From: Auanema rhodensis
Lineage: Eukaryota; Animalia; Nematoda
Assembly: GCA_964057225.1 (NCBI GenBank)
Contig: OZ059894.1
Coordinates: 11,408,001 to 11,472,000, forward strand
Length of the DNA: 64,000 bases
Direction of reading: 5' to 3'
Shown here one piece after another: positions 50,698 through 63,136 of this stretch (the first letter of the stretch is position 1; each line of letters starts with the position of its first letter). The notes under the pieces are model-generated. The model made no database searches. It was not told the origin of the DNA and saw nothing but the letters and a program-made list of their open reading frames with translations. The translations under genes were made by a program, and so were the position numbers.

Positions 50698-51139
50698 ACA
50701 GCATAGCCATGAGTATCAAAGACATCAAGCAAATGTATCGTACTTGTTACGAGTGCACTCTCTCATTTGAATATAAAAGTGTGGTTTGACAATCTTGACT
50801 GTACAGGTCATAAATGGCTCATATAAACTGTGGATTTACTCAACTTTTGGACTTATTTTTTTCTTATTCGAAGCGCTGCACTTTTTTCTATTCTTTTTAT
50901 TCAAATACTTGTATATAGTTTTATATGTACGGTTGCAAAGTTTCCGAATATTTTATATATTTTTATACAATAATTAGGAGAAGGTTAATACAATGAAATC
51001 TCCCAACTTTACAGTGTTTGTATTGCTTACAGTATCTAGAACAACCACTCTTGTAATATTAGAGCACATATCAATCAACAACTTTTTCTAGTTATCAAAG
51101 CTTTTTTATTTCTTCAAGATATTTCAAATAAAATATAAA

Positions 51140-51258
51140 AGCTTACGACACCCGGGATTCCCAAGCCGTCTCCGATCCAAGTACTAACCGGGCCCAACGT
51201 TGCTTGACTTGCCAGATCGGACGGGATGGCGTACTTTCAACGTGGTATGGTCGTAAGC
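51140..51258 (-). rRNA. 5S rRNA: 5S rRNA
   Basis: Array copy. Confidence 0.96.
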
Positions 51259-51499
51259 AATGTTATATTCTTCATTATCAGTTATATCACTCTAAATCTT
51301 GTTGTTAATAGTTAGGACCACAAAGAAAACAACAGGAACAGTAACAAATGAAATGCCCAAACTTTACAGTGTTCGAGTTATTTACAGTATCTAAGACTAC
51401 CTCTGTCGTGTTATTAGAGCAAACATTCGATTAACAACAACTTTTTTTTAGTTATCAAAGCTTTTTTATTTCTTCAAAAAATTTCAAATAAAATATAAA

Positions 51500-51618
51500 A
51501 GCTTACGACACCCGGGATTCCCAAGCCGTCTCCGATCCAAGTACTAACCGGGCCCAACGTTGCTTGACTTGCCAGATCGGACGGGATGGCGTACTTTCAA
51601 CGTGGTATGGTCGTAAGC
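51500..51618 (-). rRNA. 5S rRNA: 5S rRNA
   Basis: Array copy. Confidence 0.96.
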
Positions 51619-51760
51619 AATGTCATATTCTTCATTATCAGTTATATCACTCTAAATCTTGTTGTTAATAGATACGACCACAAAGAAAACAACAGGAACA
51701 GTAACAATAACAAAAAAAATTTTTTTTTCACCTATGTGTCTAAAGGTTAGCCATGTATCC

Positions 51761-51796
<36 letters not shown>

Positions 51797-52976
51797 ACAG
51801 TAAAAAGTCCAATCAAGAGAGAAATTTTTTCAACACATAGTTTTTTTTTTTTTAAATATCATTGTTTTTCCTCATAACTCGGTTTAAACTCGTTCTAACC
51901 CGTTGAAATACGTCTAGAAAGTCTTTATAACATGCATATGTATGATAGAACTTCATATTTATTGTAATAGAAAATTTTATTTTCAGACGTCTTGGTTAAC
52001 AATGATATGTTTTACCCCCTTATAATTTTTATCATAATGTTCCTTATACGGAACGCTCAATGAAACTTGCTTCCAGAAAAATTTCTTTCTATTTTTTCTT
52101 CATATGTACGTAGATACTATAGAGAACTATGATAGAAAACTTTAACATTCACGAAATCATCATTTCTCATTACGCTACGGAGGTTTAAAAAGCTGTGTTT
52201 TACCTTATAATAGACCGGAAAACCCTTGTGTTAAAACTGGACCGTTTTTACACATATAAAAATGTCCCGTATTCGGGACCCTAATGTAACTTTTGATTCC
52301 CTATATTTTTTTTCATGAAATTTACAATCTACTGTAGAAAGAAGAATTATTTTTATAAAAACTGTAAATTTTTGAAAAATGAAAACAAAACGAAAACAAA
52401 AACAACTTTTTTTTGAACATTTTCTCACACAAGGGTCCCCCCTTACCTACTTTTTTTCTCATTACTCGTTTCAACCTCATCCGATCACTCTGCAAACATG
52501 TTTAATCGTTCTAACTTGTTGAAATACGTCTTAAAAGTCTAAACAACATGCATATGCATAATAGAAACCACCCGAATAGGCCCCCACGCACTAAACGAGA
52601 TATATACATTACCAGTATAGTAATAGAACACATATTGAAGATTAATTCGATAAGAACAATTTATTGACGTAGAGAATGTTTGTTCCGAAAAACTACAATA
52701 TTAAACTATAAAAGTAACAAAAGCGTAGAGGCAGCAAAGACATGAATAAACATAAATGTAAATACAGAATTACCAGGTAGTACATAAGTATGACAAAAAA
52801 TTATAAGAAAGCCATGAAAATAGAAGGTTTGTGAACAAATGAGAGGTACATCTTTGATCGTATAGTCATTTCTAAACCGTTCGTATGCTGCAGCATCGTC
52901 ATAAGCGTCACTCAAGTTGAATTTCCATGTGTACTACACGATTTTCATTCTTATTGTTACATTCTTTCCCTGAGGG

Positions 52977-53125
52977 AATGGGCCGTTCCCGCCAGCAGTG
53001 CAAGAGCGGGTCGACCCGTGAGGTGGAGCTAGCAAGCCAGCATCTACCTCAAGTCTCAAAAATCGGTTAACCTTATTGTGAACCAATGGAACACATATCG
53101 AAGGTTAATTCGATAAGAACGATTA
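52977..53125 (-). pseudogene. U2: U2 snRNA nt 38-186, 3' part of interrupted gene
   Basis: Same junction as 16819. Confidence 0.93.
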
Positions 53126-56100
53126 ATGGTTTATTGAATAACTAATGTTATGATACAATAAATAACCAATAAAAAAGAGCCCAGAATCGGGGAGACGGTA
53201 TTACCAGTACAACTTAAAACAGCAAGTAATTAAAAAGTACATAATAAGACACATTGCCAACAGAGGCTAAAACGACTCAAGAGTCGGGGGAGTGGGTTAA
53301 AAAAAATGAACAAAAAAATGAATATTAAAGCAGAACAATGAGAAATCAAGTGCCGCTATGATCAAACAATTTGAGTGCCTACGGCAATGATGTTAAAAAT
53401 AAACAACAAAATACATGTACCAATGAAGGTCAGAAAGAAAGAAACAAAAGACAAAAATAAGTAATACAAAAAGTAAATACATTACAATCAAATCACAAAC
53501 AAGTCAATTGATAATTTCTTCTTCATACTGCCTTACACCAGAAACATGTTCCACGTAGATATTCCTGGCCCACTTGATGGTATCGGCGACGACGAGCTTC
53601 TCCATTAGCCGGTTGTAGTGGCTGCTGATCTTGAGTGATCGGAGGGCTTGTACGTTGAGCGGGTCCATAGTTCCAAGCATTCCTACGACATACGCTTCTA
53701 CACTAGTCTTATAACCAAGACATTGGTATTGGCTGGCTATGTCAGCATATTTCCTCTCCTTTATCATACGCGCGGCTATCATGGCTTGTCGGCGGTTTTC
53801 ATAGCTCACTGTAACATCAACGATACTACAGTGTTTTGCGTCATGATCGACCACTACTATGTCAGGTCGGAGTGTACTATTAATGCCAGGAAGAGGCTGG
53901 TTAGTGTAAACTTCTCCGTTTTTAGGCTCTGGCAGGGCTTTGATAAGACGGTCCACGATGTTGTTGTGGCGGAGTTGGATTGCTCTCGTGTGAAAGTGGC
54001 AGTGTCCAAGAACATGTGCAGCAGTTTCGTTGGGGTAACTACACCTGCGGCACTGTTTGTTTCCTTCTCCGTGTCTTCTACAGCCATTGAGCTGGAGAGT
54101 ATTAAGTCGAGCCTTGTGGATGAATCGCCAATCAGCAAACCGTATGAAATCTCCCTTCGCCATAAAGTGATTGGACGCTTTGTTGAGCATTGTGACATCA
54201 AAGACTTTCCCTTGATCCGGTTTTTGAAGAAGGATCCGAAGGTCTTTCAGCCATAATGCACGTCGCAGGCTTCTGTGGCATAGTGAAGGTGTTAACAGTT
54301 GGTTGTTTAGATTGAGTTCTAAACCACTTTCGAGGCATGTCCAGTTAGCGTTGATGAGTTTCTTGAGTTGACGCATCGCTACTCTTACTCTAGTCCAGAT
54401 GGAGGAAACATCAGATGTTTCGGTGTCGAAAATGCCATCAACGGAACCGTTGTAATATGCAGCTGTCTCATCGTTACTGGCTTGACGTTTAATCCTTTTT
54501 GATGCTACTTTTATTGAGTCTTGATGCGCAATATCAGCTACTACAAGATCAGATGACTTCAAAAGTTGGTAGGCATGAGTGACTTCACAGACGTCTGACA
54601 GGTGTTGGAGTCGAGAGAGACCAAGTCCGCCGTAGTTAGTTGGCAGGTAGATTGGTTCAGCACTGGCGTTTGGAGGATAGTGCATCCATCTACGGGCACA
54701 GCGTTTGAGTTCTTTGTCAAAGGCGACTAGTTTACTCTTTGGGACGTGGCCATTCGTCATATGAAAATTAAGGCAGGGCATCAGGAAGGTGCGTACTGCG
54801 TCAGCTTTCTGCCATTCAGCCAGTAAGGATTTGTCAATTTTTTTCCAAGTGTTGACTCATGATATTCACTGTTGGAACCGCAGACTTATGTAAATGCATT
54901 CCAGTAGGGATTCCCAGGTGGGAGTAGCTGTCAAATTTGCTGAGAGCGGGTAGAAAGCAGCTCTGAAGCATGTATGAGGCTGTTGATATTTTCCCTTTGT
55001 CGATCGTCAAAGTGGCGCATTTCGCTGGTTTGAAGGTCAAGCCTGTGAAATTAGCCGCATTTGATGCTGCGTCCAACATTTTCTGTAGATCTTCTGATGA
55101 TGAGGAGACCAGGGCAAGGTCATCGGCGTACGCTAGCACAGCGATGTTGTGATTGTGTAGCTTATAGCCTGTAGAGGTTTCCAAGATGGTTTTAATTAGA
55201 GGTTCAATGGCAAGGTTGAACAGGATCGGAGATAGTGGGGATCCTTGTAACACACCTGCGTGAACTGGAATGGTCGAAGTGAGTCCGGAGCCTGTCTGGA
55301 TTCTTGTAGAGGCATCTGTGTATAGAGCTCGTACTCGGGATATTGAGGCTTCAGCCATTCCTGACCATCTTAGAACGTCTAGCAGAGTTTCGTGTGGCAG
55401 CGATCCAAAAGCGTTTGCGAGATCAAGCCAAGCAATTGCAATTTTCTCACGTTTACGTTTAGCGTCTGCAATGGTACTTTGCAACAAAAAGTTGTGTTCC
55501 ATGCATCCAGCTTTGGCCACAAAGCCCTTTTGGGAGGGAGAAAGTCTTTTTTCTGCTCTTGCCCATGTTAGCAGTCGATGCGTAAGACAAGCTGAGTACG
55601 TCTTACCAATTGTGCACGAAAGTGCTATTGGTCGCCAGTTGTTAATGTCAGCTTTATCACCTTTCTTATGGATGAGGACGGTGGTCGACTCTTTCCAGGA
55701 AAAAGGGATGTGTCCTAGCTTGTGTACGGTGTTAAATATCGCTGCTAATATGTGACCTCCTTGGTCAAATTTCTTCCAGTGCGAGTATCGAAGTCCATCA
55801 GCTCCTGGAGCCGTATCGCTGCAACGTCGTATGCGTTCCCAGACTTCCAAAGGGGTGAAAACACCTTCTAATGGGTCGGTACTAGTTGGCAAATCCGGTC
55901 TGGTGACTGTGATGGGGAGGGCTGGGCCTTGACTGCTGTGAACAGAAAGGAAGTGTTTTTCAACATCTGCAGATGGTATGGTGCAGGTTTCACTTTGTTC
56001 TCCGAGCAGTTGTCGAAAGGCTTTCTTCTTGTTGGCCCTCCAAAGCTTCTGGATCTTCATCGCCTGGGTTTTTTGGTCTTCCTCAGGTTGTGTGTGTGGT

Positions 56101-56835
56101 CGGCGCCTTTGTCGGAAGTTGGGAACTTTGATCATAATGTCAAGAGACTTTCTGATTGTGTCTACCAACTCTTCCAGGACCTGCTCGAGCTCACTTTTGC
56201 ACACTACCTTTTTAATTCTATCCACCCAAATATTTTCAGAGTTTCTATTCGGATCAGGGTCGGCAAAAGATGGTTCTGTACTCGGAACCCTGATCTCGTT
56301 GAATATTTCACTCTCTCGCGGAAGGGGGGAAACTTCGGCCTCTGGGGACAAGTCCAGAATTGGGGCCTCAAATAAGCGTACCGTTGATGGAGATCCTTGT
56401 TCCTGTCCACTGGATGATGTTTCCTCCATTGTACGCTCCTCCACGGGCGGGGTGGTCGTCCTTGTGCCTGGTGGGCGGGTGTTCCTGATCCTCCGCAATA
56501 TAGGGCGGGAACTGGGCTCTCTCGGAGATAGAGGTGAGATCACCACAGTTTCCTCTATGATGCGGAGGCATCCTTCAGCTTTTTTCTGATGGCTTTTAAC
56601 GGCCTTCAGATTGCTGGTGAGGCCACAGGCACGGCACTCAAATTCTACTCCGACCTCATGTTCTCTCCGAAGATGGCGGACGAGACCATTGTGGTCTGAG
56701 TAGGATCGCGGAATAGGAGCGCAGATTGAACAAGAAAAAGGGCTCTGAAGAGGCACCTTTAGCTTGTAAAGCCCTTGCTCCATCTCTAGCAGATCTAAAG
56801 ACTTACGTAGTACAGTTGCAATATCGATTTAGCCA
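53126..56835 (-). mobile_element. Utopia-like retrotransposon, copy 5 (copy-4-type ORF with copy-6-type 3' UTR)
   Basis: Diagnostic sites switch between 53509 and 53528. Confidence 0.94.
53504..56783 (-). pseudogene. ZnF-RT-RLE polyprotein with +1 frameshift in T-run at ~54838-54844
   Basis: ORFs 54834-56783 and 53504-54781; 7 T versus 6 T (may be a homopolymer error). Confidence 0.85.
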
Positions 56836-56931
56836 TTAACCTTATTGTGAACCAATGGAACACATATCGAAGGTTAATTCGATAAGAACGATTACTACAC
56901 TTTGATCTTAGCCAAAAGGCCGAGAAGCGAT
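56836..56931 (-). pseudogene. U2: U2 snRNA nt 1-96 fused to element 5' end
   Basis: Same junction as 18649. Confidence 0.93.
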
Positions 56932-57373
56932 ACAGCATAGCCATGAGTATCAAAGACATCAAGCAAATGTATCGTACTTGTTACGAGTGCACTCTCTCAT
57001 TTGAATATAAAAGTGTGGTTTGACAATCTTGACTGTACAGGTCATAAATGGCTCATATAAACTGTGGATTTACTCAACTTTTGGACTTATTTTTTTCTTA
57101 TTCGAAGCGCTGCACTTTTTTCTATTCTTTTTATTCAAATACTTGTATATAGTTTTATATGTACGGTTGCAAAGTTTCCGAATATTTTATATATTTTTAT
57201 ACAATAATTAGGAGAAGGTTAATACAATGAAATCTCCCAACTTTACAGTGTTTGTATTGCTTACAGTATCTAGAACAACCACTCTTGTAATATTAGAGCA
57301 CATATCAATCAACAACTTTTTCTAGTTATCAAAGCTTTTTTATTTCTTCAAGATATTTCAAATAAAATATAAA

Positions 57374-57492
57374 AGCTTACGACACCCGGGATTCCCAAGC
57401 CGTCTCCGATCCAAGTACTAACCGGGCCCAACGTTGCTTGACTTGCCAGATCGGACGGGATGGCGTACTTTCAACGTGGTATGGTCGTAAGC
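57374..57492 (-). rRNA. 5S rRNA: 5S rRNA
   Basis: Array copy. Confidence 0.96.
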
Positions 57493-57733
57493 AATGTTAT
57501 ATTCTTCATTATCAGTTATATCACTCTAAATCTTGTTGTTAATAGTTAGGACCACAAAGAAAACAACAGGAACAGTAACAAATGAAATGCCCAAACTTTA
57601 CAGTGTTCGAGTTATTTACAGTATCTAAGACTACCTCTGTCGTGTTATTAGAGCAAACATTCGATTAACAACAACTTTTTTTTAGTTATCAAAGCTTTTT
57701 TATTTCTTCAAAAAATTTCAAATAAAATATAAA

Positions 57734-57852
57734 AGCTTACGACACCCGGGATTCCCAAGCCGTCTCCGATCCAAGTACTAACCGGGCCCAACGTTGCTTG
57801 ACTTGCCAGATCGGACGGGATGGCGTACTTTCAACGTGGTATGGTCGTAAGC
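57734..57852 (-). rRNA. 5S rRNA: 5S rRNA
   Basis: Array copy. Confidence 0.96.
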
Positions 57853-57994
57853 AATGTCATATTCTTCATTATCAGTTATATCACTCTAAATCTTGTTGTT
57901 AATAGATACGACCACAAAGAAAACAACAGGAACAGTAACAATAACAAAAAAAATTTTTTTTTCACCTATGTGTCTAAAGGTTAGCCATGTATCC

Positions 57995-58040
<46 letters not shown>

Positions 58041-59220
58041 ACAGTAAAAAGTCCAATCAAGAGAGAAATTTTTTCAACACATAGTTGTTTTTTTTTTAAA
58101 TATCATTGTTTTTCCTCATAACTCGGTTTAAACTCGTTCTAACCCGTTGAAATACGTCTAGAAAGTCTTTATAACATGCATATGTATGATAGAACTTCAT
58201 ATTTATTGTAATAGAAAATTTTATTTTCAGACGTCTTGGTTAACAATGATATGTTTTACCCCCTTATAATTTTTATCATAATGTTCCTTATACGGAACGC
58301 TCAATGAAACTTGCTTCCAGAAAAATTTCTTTCTATTTTTTCTTCATATGTACGTAGATACTATAGAGAACTATGATAGAAAACTTTAACATTCACGAAA
58401 TCATCATTTCTCATTACGCTACGGAGGTTTAAAAAGCTGTGTTTTACCTTATAATAGACCGGAAAACCCTTGTGTTAAAACTGGACCGTTTTTACACATA
58501 TAAAAATGTCCCGTATTCGGGACCCTAATGTAACTTTTGATTCCCTATATTTTTTTTCATGAAATTTACAATCTACTGTAGAAAGAAGAATTATTTTTAT
58601 AAAAACTGTAAATTTTTGAAAAATGAAAACAAAACGAAAACAAAAACAACTTTTTTTTGAACATTTTCTCACACAAGGGTCCCCCCTTACCTACTTTTTT
58701 TCTCATTACTCGTTTCAACCTCATCCGATCACTCTGCAAACATGTTTAATCGTTCTAACTTGTTGAAATACGTCTTAAAAGTCTAAACAACATGCATATG
58801 CATAATAGAAACCACCCGAATAGGCCCCCACGCACTAAACGAGATATATACATTACCAGTATAGTAATAGAACACATATTGAAGATTAATTCGATAAGAA
58901 CAATTTATTGACGTAGAGAATGTTTGTTCCGAAAAACTACAATATTAAACTATAAAAGTAACAAAAGCGTAGAGGCAGCAAAGACATGAATAAACATAAA
59001 TGTAAATACAGAATTACCAGGTAGTACATAAGTATGACAAAAAATTATAAGAAAGCCATGAAAATAGAAGGTTTGTGAACAAATGAGAGGTACATCTTTG
59101 ATCGTATAGTCATTTCTAAACCGTTCGTATGCTGCAGCATCGTCATAAGCGTCACTCAAGTTGAATTTCCATGTGTACTACACGATTTTCATTCTTATTG
59201 TTACATTCTTTCCCTGAGGG

Positions 59221-59369
59221 AATGGGCCGTTCCCGCCAGCAGTGCAAGAGCGGGTCGACCCGTGAGGTGGAGCTAGCAAGCCAGCATCTACCTCAAGTCT
59301 CAAAAATCGGTTAACCTTATTGTGAACCAATGGAACACATATCGAAGGTTAATTCGATAAGAACGATTA
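59221..59369 (-). pseudogene. U2: U2 snRNA nt 38-186, 3' part of interrupted gene
   Basis: Same junction as 16819. Confidence 0.93.
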
Positions 59370-62300
59370 ATGGTTTATTGAATAACTAATGTTATGATAC
59401 AATAAATAACCAATAAAAAAGAGCCCAGAATCGGGGAGACGGTATTACCAGTACAACTTAAAACAGCAAGTAATTAAAAAGTACATAATAAGACACATTG
59501 CCAACAGAGGCTAAAACGACTCAAGAGTCGGGGGAGTGGGTTAAAAAAAATGAACAAAAAAATGAATATTAAAGCAGAACAATGAGAAATCAAGTGCCGC
59601 TATGATCAAACAATTTGAGTGCCTACGGCAATGATGTTAAAAATAAACAACAAAATACATGTACCAATGAAGGTCAGAAAGAAAGAAACAAAAGACAAAA
59701 ATAAGTAATACAAAAAGTAAATACATTACAATCAAATCACAAACAAGTCAATTGATAATTTCTTCTTCATATTGCCTTACACCAGAAACATGTTCCACGT
59801 AGATATTCCTGGCCCACTTGATGGTATCGGCGACGACGAGCTTCTCCATTAGCCGGTTGTAGTGGCTGCTGATCTTGAGTGATCGGAGGGCTTGTCCGTT
59901 GAGCGGGTCCATAGTTCCAAGCATTCCTACGACATATGCTTCTACACTAGTCTTATAACCAAGACATTGGTATTGGCTGGCTATGTCAGCATATTTCCTC
60001 TCCTTTATCATACGCGCGGCTATCATGGCTTGACGGCGGTTTTCATAGCTCACTGTAACATCAACGATACTACAGTGTTTTGCGTCATGATCGACCACTA
60101 CTATGTCAGGTCGGAGTGTACTATTAATGCCAGGAAGAGGCTGGTTAGTGTAAACTTCTCCGTTTTTAGGCTCTGGCAGGGCTTTGATAAGACGGTCCAC
60201 GATGTTGTTGTGGCGGAGTTGGATTGCTCTCGTGTGAGAGTGGCAGTGTCCAAGAACATGTGCAGCAGTTTCGTTGGAGTAACTACACCTGCGGCACTGT
60301 TTGTTTCCTTCTCCGTGTCTTCTACAGCCATTGAGCTGGAGAGTATTGAGTCGAGCCTTGTGGATGAATCGCCAATCAGCAAACCGTATGAAATCTCCCT
60401 TCGCCATAAAGTGATTGGACGCTTTGTTGAGCATTGTGACATCAAAGACTTTCCCTTGATCCGGTTTTTGAAGAAGGATCCGAAGGTCTTTCAGCCATAA
60501 TGCACGTCGCAGGCTTCTGTGGCATAGTGAAGGTGTTAACAGTTGGTTGTTTAGATTGAGTTCTAAACCACTTTCGAGGCATGTCCAGTTAGCGTTGATG
60601 AGTTTCTTGAGTTGACGCATCGCTACTCTTACTCTAGTCCAGATGGAGGAAACATCAGATGTTTCGGTGTCGAAAATGCCATCAACGGAACCGTTGTAAT
60701 ATGCAGCTGTCTCATCGTTACTGGCTTGACGTTTAATCCTTTTTGATGCTACTTTTTTTGAGTCTTGATGCGCAATATCAGCTACTACAAGATCAGATGA
60801 CTTCAAAAGTTGGTAGGCATGAGTGACTTCACAGACGTCTGACAGGTGTTGGAGTCGAGAGAGACCAAGTCCGCCGTAGTTAGTTGGCAGGTAGATTGGT
60901 TCAGCACTGGCGTTTGGAGGATAGTGCATCCATCTACGGGCACAGCGTTTGAGTTCTTTGTCAAAGGCGACTAGTTTACTCTTTGGGACGTGGCCATTCG
61001 TCATATGAAAATTAAGGCAGGGCATCAGGAAGGTGCGTACTGCGTCAGCTTTCTGCCATTCAGCAAGTAAGGATTTGTCAATTTTTTCCAAGTGTTGACT
61101 CATAATATTCACTGTTGGAACCGCAGACTTATGTAAATGCATTCCAGTAGGGATTCCCAGGTGGGAGTAGCTGTCGAATTTGCTGAGAGCGGGTAGAGAG
61201 GAGCTCTGTAGCATGTATGAGGCTGTTGATATTTTCCCTTTGTCGATCGTCAAGGTGGCGCATTTCGCTGGTTTGAAGGTCAAGCCTGTGAAATTAGCCG
61301 CATTTGATGCTGCGTCCAACATTTTCTGTAGATCTTCTGATGATGAGGAGACCAGGGCAAGGTCATCGGCGTACGCTAGCACAGCGATGTTGTGGTTGTG
61401 TAGCTTATAGCCAGTAGAGGATTCCAAGATGGTTTTAATTAGAGGTTCAATGGCAAGGTTGAACAGGATCGGAGATAGTGGGGATCCTTGTAACACACCT
61501 GCATGAACTGGAATGGTCGATGTGAGTCCGGAGCCTGTCTGGATTCTTGTAGAGGCATCTGTGTATAGAGCTCGTACTCGGGATATTGAGGCTTCAGCCA
61601 CTCCTGACCATCTTAGAACGTCTAGCAGAGTTTCGTGTGGCAGCGATCCAAAAGCGTTTGCGAGATCAAGCCAAGCAATTGCAATTTTCTCACGTTTACG
61701 TTTAGCGTCCGCAATGGTACTTTGCAACATAAAGTTGTGTTCCATGCATCCAGCTTTGGCCACAAAGCCCTTTTGGGAGGGAGAAAGTCTTTTTTCTGCT
61801 CTTGCCCATGTTAGCAGTCGATGCGTAAGACAAGCTGAGTACGTCTTACCAATTGTGCACGAAAGTGCTATTGGTCGCCAGTTGTTAATGTCAGCTTTAT
61901 CACCTTTCTTATGGATGAGGACGGTGGTCGACTCTTTCCAGGAAAAAGGGATGTGTCCTAGCTTGTGTACGGTGTTAAATATCGCTGCTAATATGTGACC
62001 TCCTTGGTCAAATTTCTTCCAGTGCGAGTATCGAAGTCCATCAGCTCCTGGAGCCGTATCGCTGCAACGTCGTATGCGTTCCCAGACTTCCAAAGGGGTG
62101 AAAACACCTTCTAATGGGTCGGTACTAGCTGGCAAATCCGGTCTGGTGACTGTGATGGGGAGGGCTGGGCCTTGACTGCTGTGAACAGAAAGGAAATGTT
62201 TTTCAACCTCTGCAGATGGTATGGTGCAGGTTTCACTTTGTTCTCCGAGCAGTTGTCGAAAGGCTTTCTTCTTGTTGGCCCTCCAGAGCTTCTGGAGCTT

Positions 62301-63078
62301 CATCGCCTGGGTTTTTTGGTCTTCCTCAGGTTGTGTGTGTGGTCGGCGCCTTTGTCGGAAGTTGGGAACTTTGATCATAATGTCAAGAGACTTTCTGATT
62401 GCGTCTACCAACTCTTCCAGGACCTGCTCGAGCTCACTTTTGCACACAACCTTTTTAATTCTATCCACCCAAGTATTTTCAGAGTTTCTATTCGGATCAG
62501 GGTCGGCAAAAAATGGTTCTGTACTCGAAACCCTGATCTCGTTGAATATTTCACTCTCTCGCGGAAGGGGGGAAACTTCGGCCTCTGGGGACAAGTCCAG
62601 AATTGGGGCCTCAAACAAGCGTACCGTTGATGGAGATCCTTGTTCCTGTCCACTGGATGATGTTTCCTCCATTGTACGCTCCTCCACGGGCGGGGTGGTC
62701 GTCCTTGTGCCTGGTGGCCGGGTGTTCCTGATCCTCCGCAATATAGGGCGGGAACTGGGCTCTCTCGGAGATAGAGGTGAGATCACCACAGTTTCCTCTA
62801 TGATGCGGAGGCATCCTTCAGCTTTTTTCTGATGGCTTTTAACGGCCTTCAGATTGCTGGTGAGGCCACAGGCACGGCACTCAAATTCTACTCCGACCTC
62901 ATGTTCTCTCCGAAGATGGCGGACGAGACCATTGTGGTCTGAGTAGGATCGCGGAATAGGAGCGCAGATTGAACAAGAAAAAGGGCTCTGAAGAGGCACC
63001 TTTAGCTTGTAAAGCCCTTGCTCCATCTCTAGCAGATCTAAAGACTTACGTAGTACAGTTGCAATATCGATTTAGCCA
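59370..63078 (-). mobile_element. Utopia-like retrotransposon, copy 6 (full length, 3709 bp)
   Basis: 52-nt unique 5' UTR, intact ORF, 378-nt 3' UTR ending AATAAACCAT; no poly(A) tail or LTRs. Confidence 0.95.
59748..63026 (-). CDS. Non-LTR retrotransposon polyprotein, 1092 aa (2 ZnF, RT, CCHC, RLE)
   Basis: Same motifs as 37367-40645 (YADD, CRRC..H..C, RHN, RPD, KERKY). Confidence 0.96.
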   Translation of the reverse strand: MEQGLYKLKVPLQSPFSCSICAPIPRSYSDHNGLVRHLRREHEVGVEFECRACGLTSNLKAVKSHQKKAEGCLRIIEETVVISPLSPREPSSRPILRRIRNTRPPGTRTTTPPVEERTMEETSSSGQEQGSPSTVRLFEAPILDLSPEAEVSPLPRESEIFNEIRVSSTEPFFADPDPNRNSENTWVDRIKKVVCKSELEQVLEELVDAIRKSLDIMIKVPNFRQRRRPHTQPEEDQKTQAMKLQKLWRANKKKAFRQLLGEQSETCTIPSAEVEKHFLSVHSSQGPALPITVTRPDLPASTDPLEGVFTPLEVWERIRRCSDTAPGADGLRYSHWKKFDQGGHILAAIFNTVHKLGHIPFSWKESTTVLIHKKGDKADINNWRPIALSCTIGKTYSACLTHRLLTWARAEKRLSPSQKGFVAKAGCMEHNFMLQSTIADAKRKREKIAIAWLDLANAFGSLPHETLLDVLRWSGVAEASISRVRALYTDASTRIQTGSGLTSTIPVHAGVLQGSPLSPILFNLAIEPLIKTILESSTGYKLHNHNIAVLAYADDLALVSSSSEDLQKMLDAASNAANFTGLTFKPAKCATLTIDKGKISTASYMLQSSSLPALSKFDSYSHLGIPTGMHLHKSAVPTVNIMSQHLEKIDKSLLAEWQKADAVRTFLMPCLNFHMTNGHVPKSKLVAFDKELKRCARRWMHYPPNASAEPIYLPTNYGGLGLSRLQHLSDVCEVTHAYQLLKSSDLVVADIAHQDSKKVASKRIKRQASNDETAAYYNGSVDGIFDTETSDVSSIWTRVRVAMRQLKKLINANWTCLESGLELNLNNQLLTPSLCHRSLRRALWLKDLRILLQKPDQGKVFDVTMLNKASNHFMAKGDFIRFADWRFIHKARLNTLQLNGCRRHGEGNKQCRRCSYSNETAAHVLGHCHSHTRAIQLRHNNIVDRLIKALPEPKNGEVYTNQPLPGINSTLRPDIVVVDHDAKHCSIVDVTVSYENRRQAMIAARMIKERKYADIASQYQCLGYKTSVEAYVVGMLGTMDPLNGQALRSLKISSHYNRLMEKLVVADTIKWARNIYVEHVSGVRQYEEEIIN

Positions 63079-63136
63079 TTAACCTTATTGTGAACCAATG
63101 GAACACATATCGAAGGTTAATTCGATAAGAACGATT
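63079..63136 (-). pseudogene. U2: U2 snRNA nt 39-96 fragment between element B and Utopia copy 6
   Basis: Exact U2 match TTAACCTTATTG...GAACGATT. Confidence 0.92.

Noticed and set aside
59892-62832. Plus-strand and alternative-frame ORFs of 60-240 aa inside the retrotransposon copies
   Set aside because: Shadows of the long minus-strand ORF with no recognisable motifs
59370-63078. Assignment to Keno (Tx1), R2 or a 5S-targeting element
   Set aside because: No APE domain or ORF1; the target is U2, not 28S, and no 5S gene here is interrupted
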